Of a stretch of 5,707 bases of DNA, positions 4,869 to 5,707 are shown piece after piece (within the stretch, counting starts at the first letter, position 1; the number at the start of each line of letters is the position of its first letter). The notes under the pieces are model-generated. The model was not told where the DNA came from and made no database searches. It was given only the letters and a program-made list of their open reading frames with translations. The position numbers were made by a program, and so were the translations under genes. Origin of the DNA: a virus; the IMG/VR virus record IMGVR_UViG_3300017613_001618, positions 1 through 5,707 of that record. The stretch is one strand, 5' to 3'.

Positions 4869-5153
4869 ATGACAGAAAAAACAGACAAATTTCCAAACAG
4901 TACAGAAGCAGATGGGCCCTTTCAAGAGGAACAATTAGAAGCAGCCTCATTAAATTTAGCAGAAAGAAAAATTAAAGCATGCGAATACTTAGATGGTCTT
5001 AAAGAGCCAGTAATAGCAACAGTAATAATAGGGCCATCAGAAGCCTTCGATTACAGAAACCTAGCGTTCTGGGAAGGATTTCAACAAAGGGACAGAAACC
5101 TTATAGATAAGTTAAACGAGTGGTTAAACAATAAACGAAAAGGAAAATTATGA
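4869..5153 (+). CDS. Hypothetical 94-aa protein (occupies the position of the internal scaffolding protein VP3 in gokushovirus gene order)
   Basis: The ORF has core-like composition, starts 8 nt after the VP2 stop, and its stop overlaps the next ATG (ATGA, 5150-5153). I recognised no sequence motif. Any functional guess rests on synteny alone. Confidence 0.6.
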   Translation: MTEKTDKFPNSTEADGPFQEEQLEAASLNLAERKIKACEYLDGLKEPVIATVIIGPSEAFDYRNLAFWEGFQQRDRNLIDKLNEWLNNKRKGKL

Positions 5154-5239
5154 ACTGGAAAGACAAGATTATCAAATGGTTAGGGTGGTTAGTAGCAATA
5201 GCTACATGGTTAATAGAGTTATTAACAGATGTAATATAA
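5150..5239 (+). CDS. Candidate 29-aa single-pass membrane peptide
   Basis: My own translation is MNWKDKIIKWLGWLVAIATWLIELLTDVI*. It has a Trp-rich hydrophobic core of about 19 residues. The ATG overlaps the upstream stop (ATGA), suggesting translational coupling. It is too short for the ORF track. Confidence 0.4.
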   Translation: MNWKDKIIKWLGWLVAIATWLIELLTDVI

Positions 5240-5254
5240 AAAAGGAGGTAAAAA

Positions 5255-5338
5255 ATGGCAAGAAGGTTTAGAAGGCGTGGCAGACGCAGTAGAGGTAGAG
5301 GTAAAGTAGTCCTCATTAGAGGCGGTAGACGTAAGTAA
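5255..5338 (+). CDS. Small arginine-rich DNA-binding/packaging peptide (phiX174 J-like, gokushovirus ORF8/VP8-like), 27 aa
   Basis: My own translation is MARRFRRRGRRSRGRGKVVLIRGGRRK*, with 14 of 27 residues Arg/Lys. AAGGAGG at 5242-5248 lies 6 nt upstream of the ATG. The stop abuts the Rep ATG. Its position just upstream of Rep matches ORF8 in chlamydiamicrovirus-type genomes. Confidence 0.7.
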   Translation: MARRFRRRGRRSRGRGKVVLIRGGRRK

Positions 5339-5707
5339 ATGAAATGCGAAAATCCAATCTGGATAGAAGTACACCCAGTAACAAAAGAGCATGTAGGATC
5401 ATATGTTCCTTGTTCGAGATGTTATTCATGTATACAGACAAAGAGATCAGTTTGGACGTTTCGTTTGTTAATGGAGTTAAGGGTAGCGGAGTCAGCATAC
5501 TTCGTTACTCTTACTTACGACCCTCAATCAGTACCATATATAACAGAACAAGGTATAATATACGAGAATCTAGATAAATCACATGTACAGCAATTCACAA
5601 AGGCGTTAAGGCAAAAAATATACAGAGACAATGTTACAGTTAAGGAAAACAGGGAAAGGTGGCTCAAGGAAGGAGTCACAGGAAAATGGTCACCAAAATA
5701 CCGTTAC
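5339..5707 (+). CDS. VP4: Replication initiator protein (HUH rolling-circle endonuclease, microvirus VP4/gpA-like), N-terminal part; runs off the window end and continues at base 2 on the circle
   Basis: My own translation from ATG 5339 is MKCENPIWIEVHPVTKEHVGSYVPCSRCYSCIQTKRSVWTFRLLMELRVAESAYFVTLTYDPQS... It has an N-terminal Cys cluster (C3, C25, C28, C31). HUH motif I, FVTLTYD, lies at 5501-5521. There is no stop to the end of the window. The ATG directly abuts the TAA of the preceding ORF (TAAATG, 5336-5341). The ORF track missed it because it is open-ended. Confidence 0.9.
   Translation, partial: MKCENPIWIEVHPVTKEHVGSYVPCSRCYSCIQTKRSVWTFRLLMELRVAESAYFVTLTYDPQSVPYITEQGIIYENLDKSHVQQFTKALRQKIYRDNVTVKENRERWLKEGVTGKWSPKYRY
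5587..5707. repeat. Terminal direct repeat, copy 2 (identical to 1-121)
   Basis: Same 121-nt string as 1-121. The implied unit genome length is 5586 nt, which fits the Microviridae size range. Confidence 0.95.

Noticed and set aside
5105-5135. dif-like XerC/XerD site that could indicate a lysogenic gokushovirus
   Set aside because: ATAAGTTAAAC matches about 8 of 11 bases of the E. coli XerD arm as I recall it. The corresponding XerC-arm position matches only about 4 of 11, the segment is inside a coding region, and the host is unknown, so this is not supportable.
5344-5577. 77-aa + strand ORF from the track
   Set aside because: It is out of frame with, and fully inside, the N-terminal part of Rep (frame starting at 5339). 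That frame carries the Cys cluster and the FVTLTYD motif. The 77-aa product has no features.
1-5707. tRNA, rRNA, CRISPR arrays, integrase or transposase genes
   Set aside because: I saw no cloverleaf-like structures, no spaced direct repeats and no ORF with recombinase or transposase motifs. The genome is fully accounted for by microvirus core genes plus the island.

Overview
The window is a complete, circularly permuted ssDNA phage genome of the family Microviridae (gokushovirus-like, not phiX174-like). Bases 1-121 are repeated exactly at 5587-5707, so the unit genome is 5,586 nt and the window is a circular contig cut inside the replication-initiator gene. The + strand carries the compact core. 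It consists of the HUH Rep/VP4 (wraps 5339..5707 and 2..736), major capsid VP1 (733..2394), pilot/minor capsid VP2 (4030..4860), a 27-aa arginine-rich DNA-binding peptide (5255..5338) and several small ORFs. Adjacent genes are joined by ATGA or TAAATG junctions. The unusual part lies between VP1 and VP2. A block of about 1 kb (roughly 2596-3609) has visibly higher GC than the core. It holds a small double-CxxC zinc-ribbon ORF on the + strand and a tightly coupled two-gene operon on the - strand (119-aa strongly acidic protein, then a 60-aa protein with a GGAGG ribosome-binding site). A strong intrinsic terminator sits between these two units and is oriented for the - strand. Characterised microviruses encode everything on one strand, so an antisense, terminator-bounded cassette is out of pattern and is my best candidate for an undescribed accessory system (anti-defence, toxin-antitoxin or exclusion). 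I recognise no family for its proteins, and a chimeric assembly has to be excluded first.
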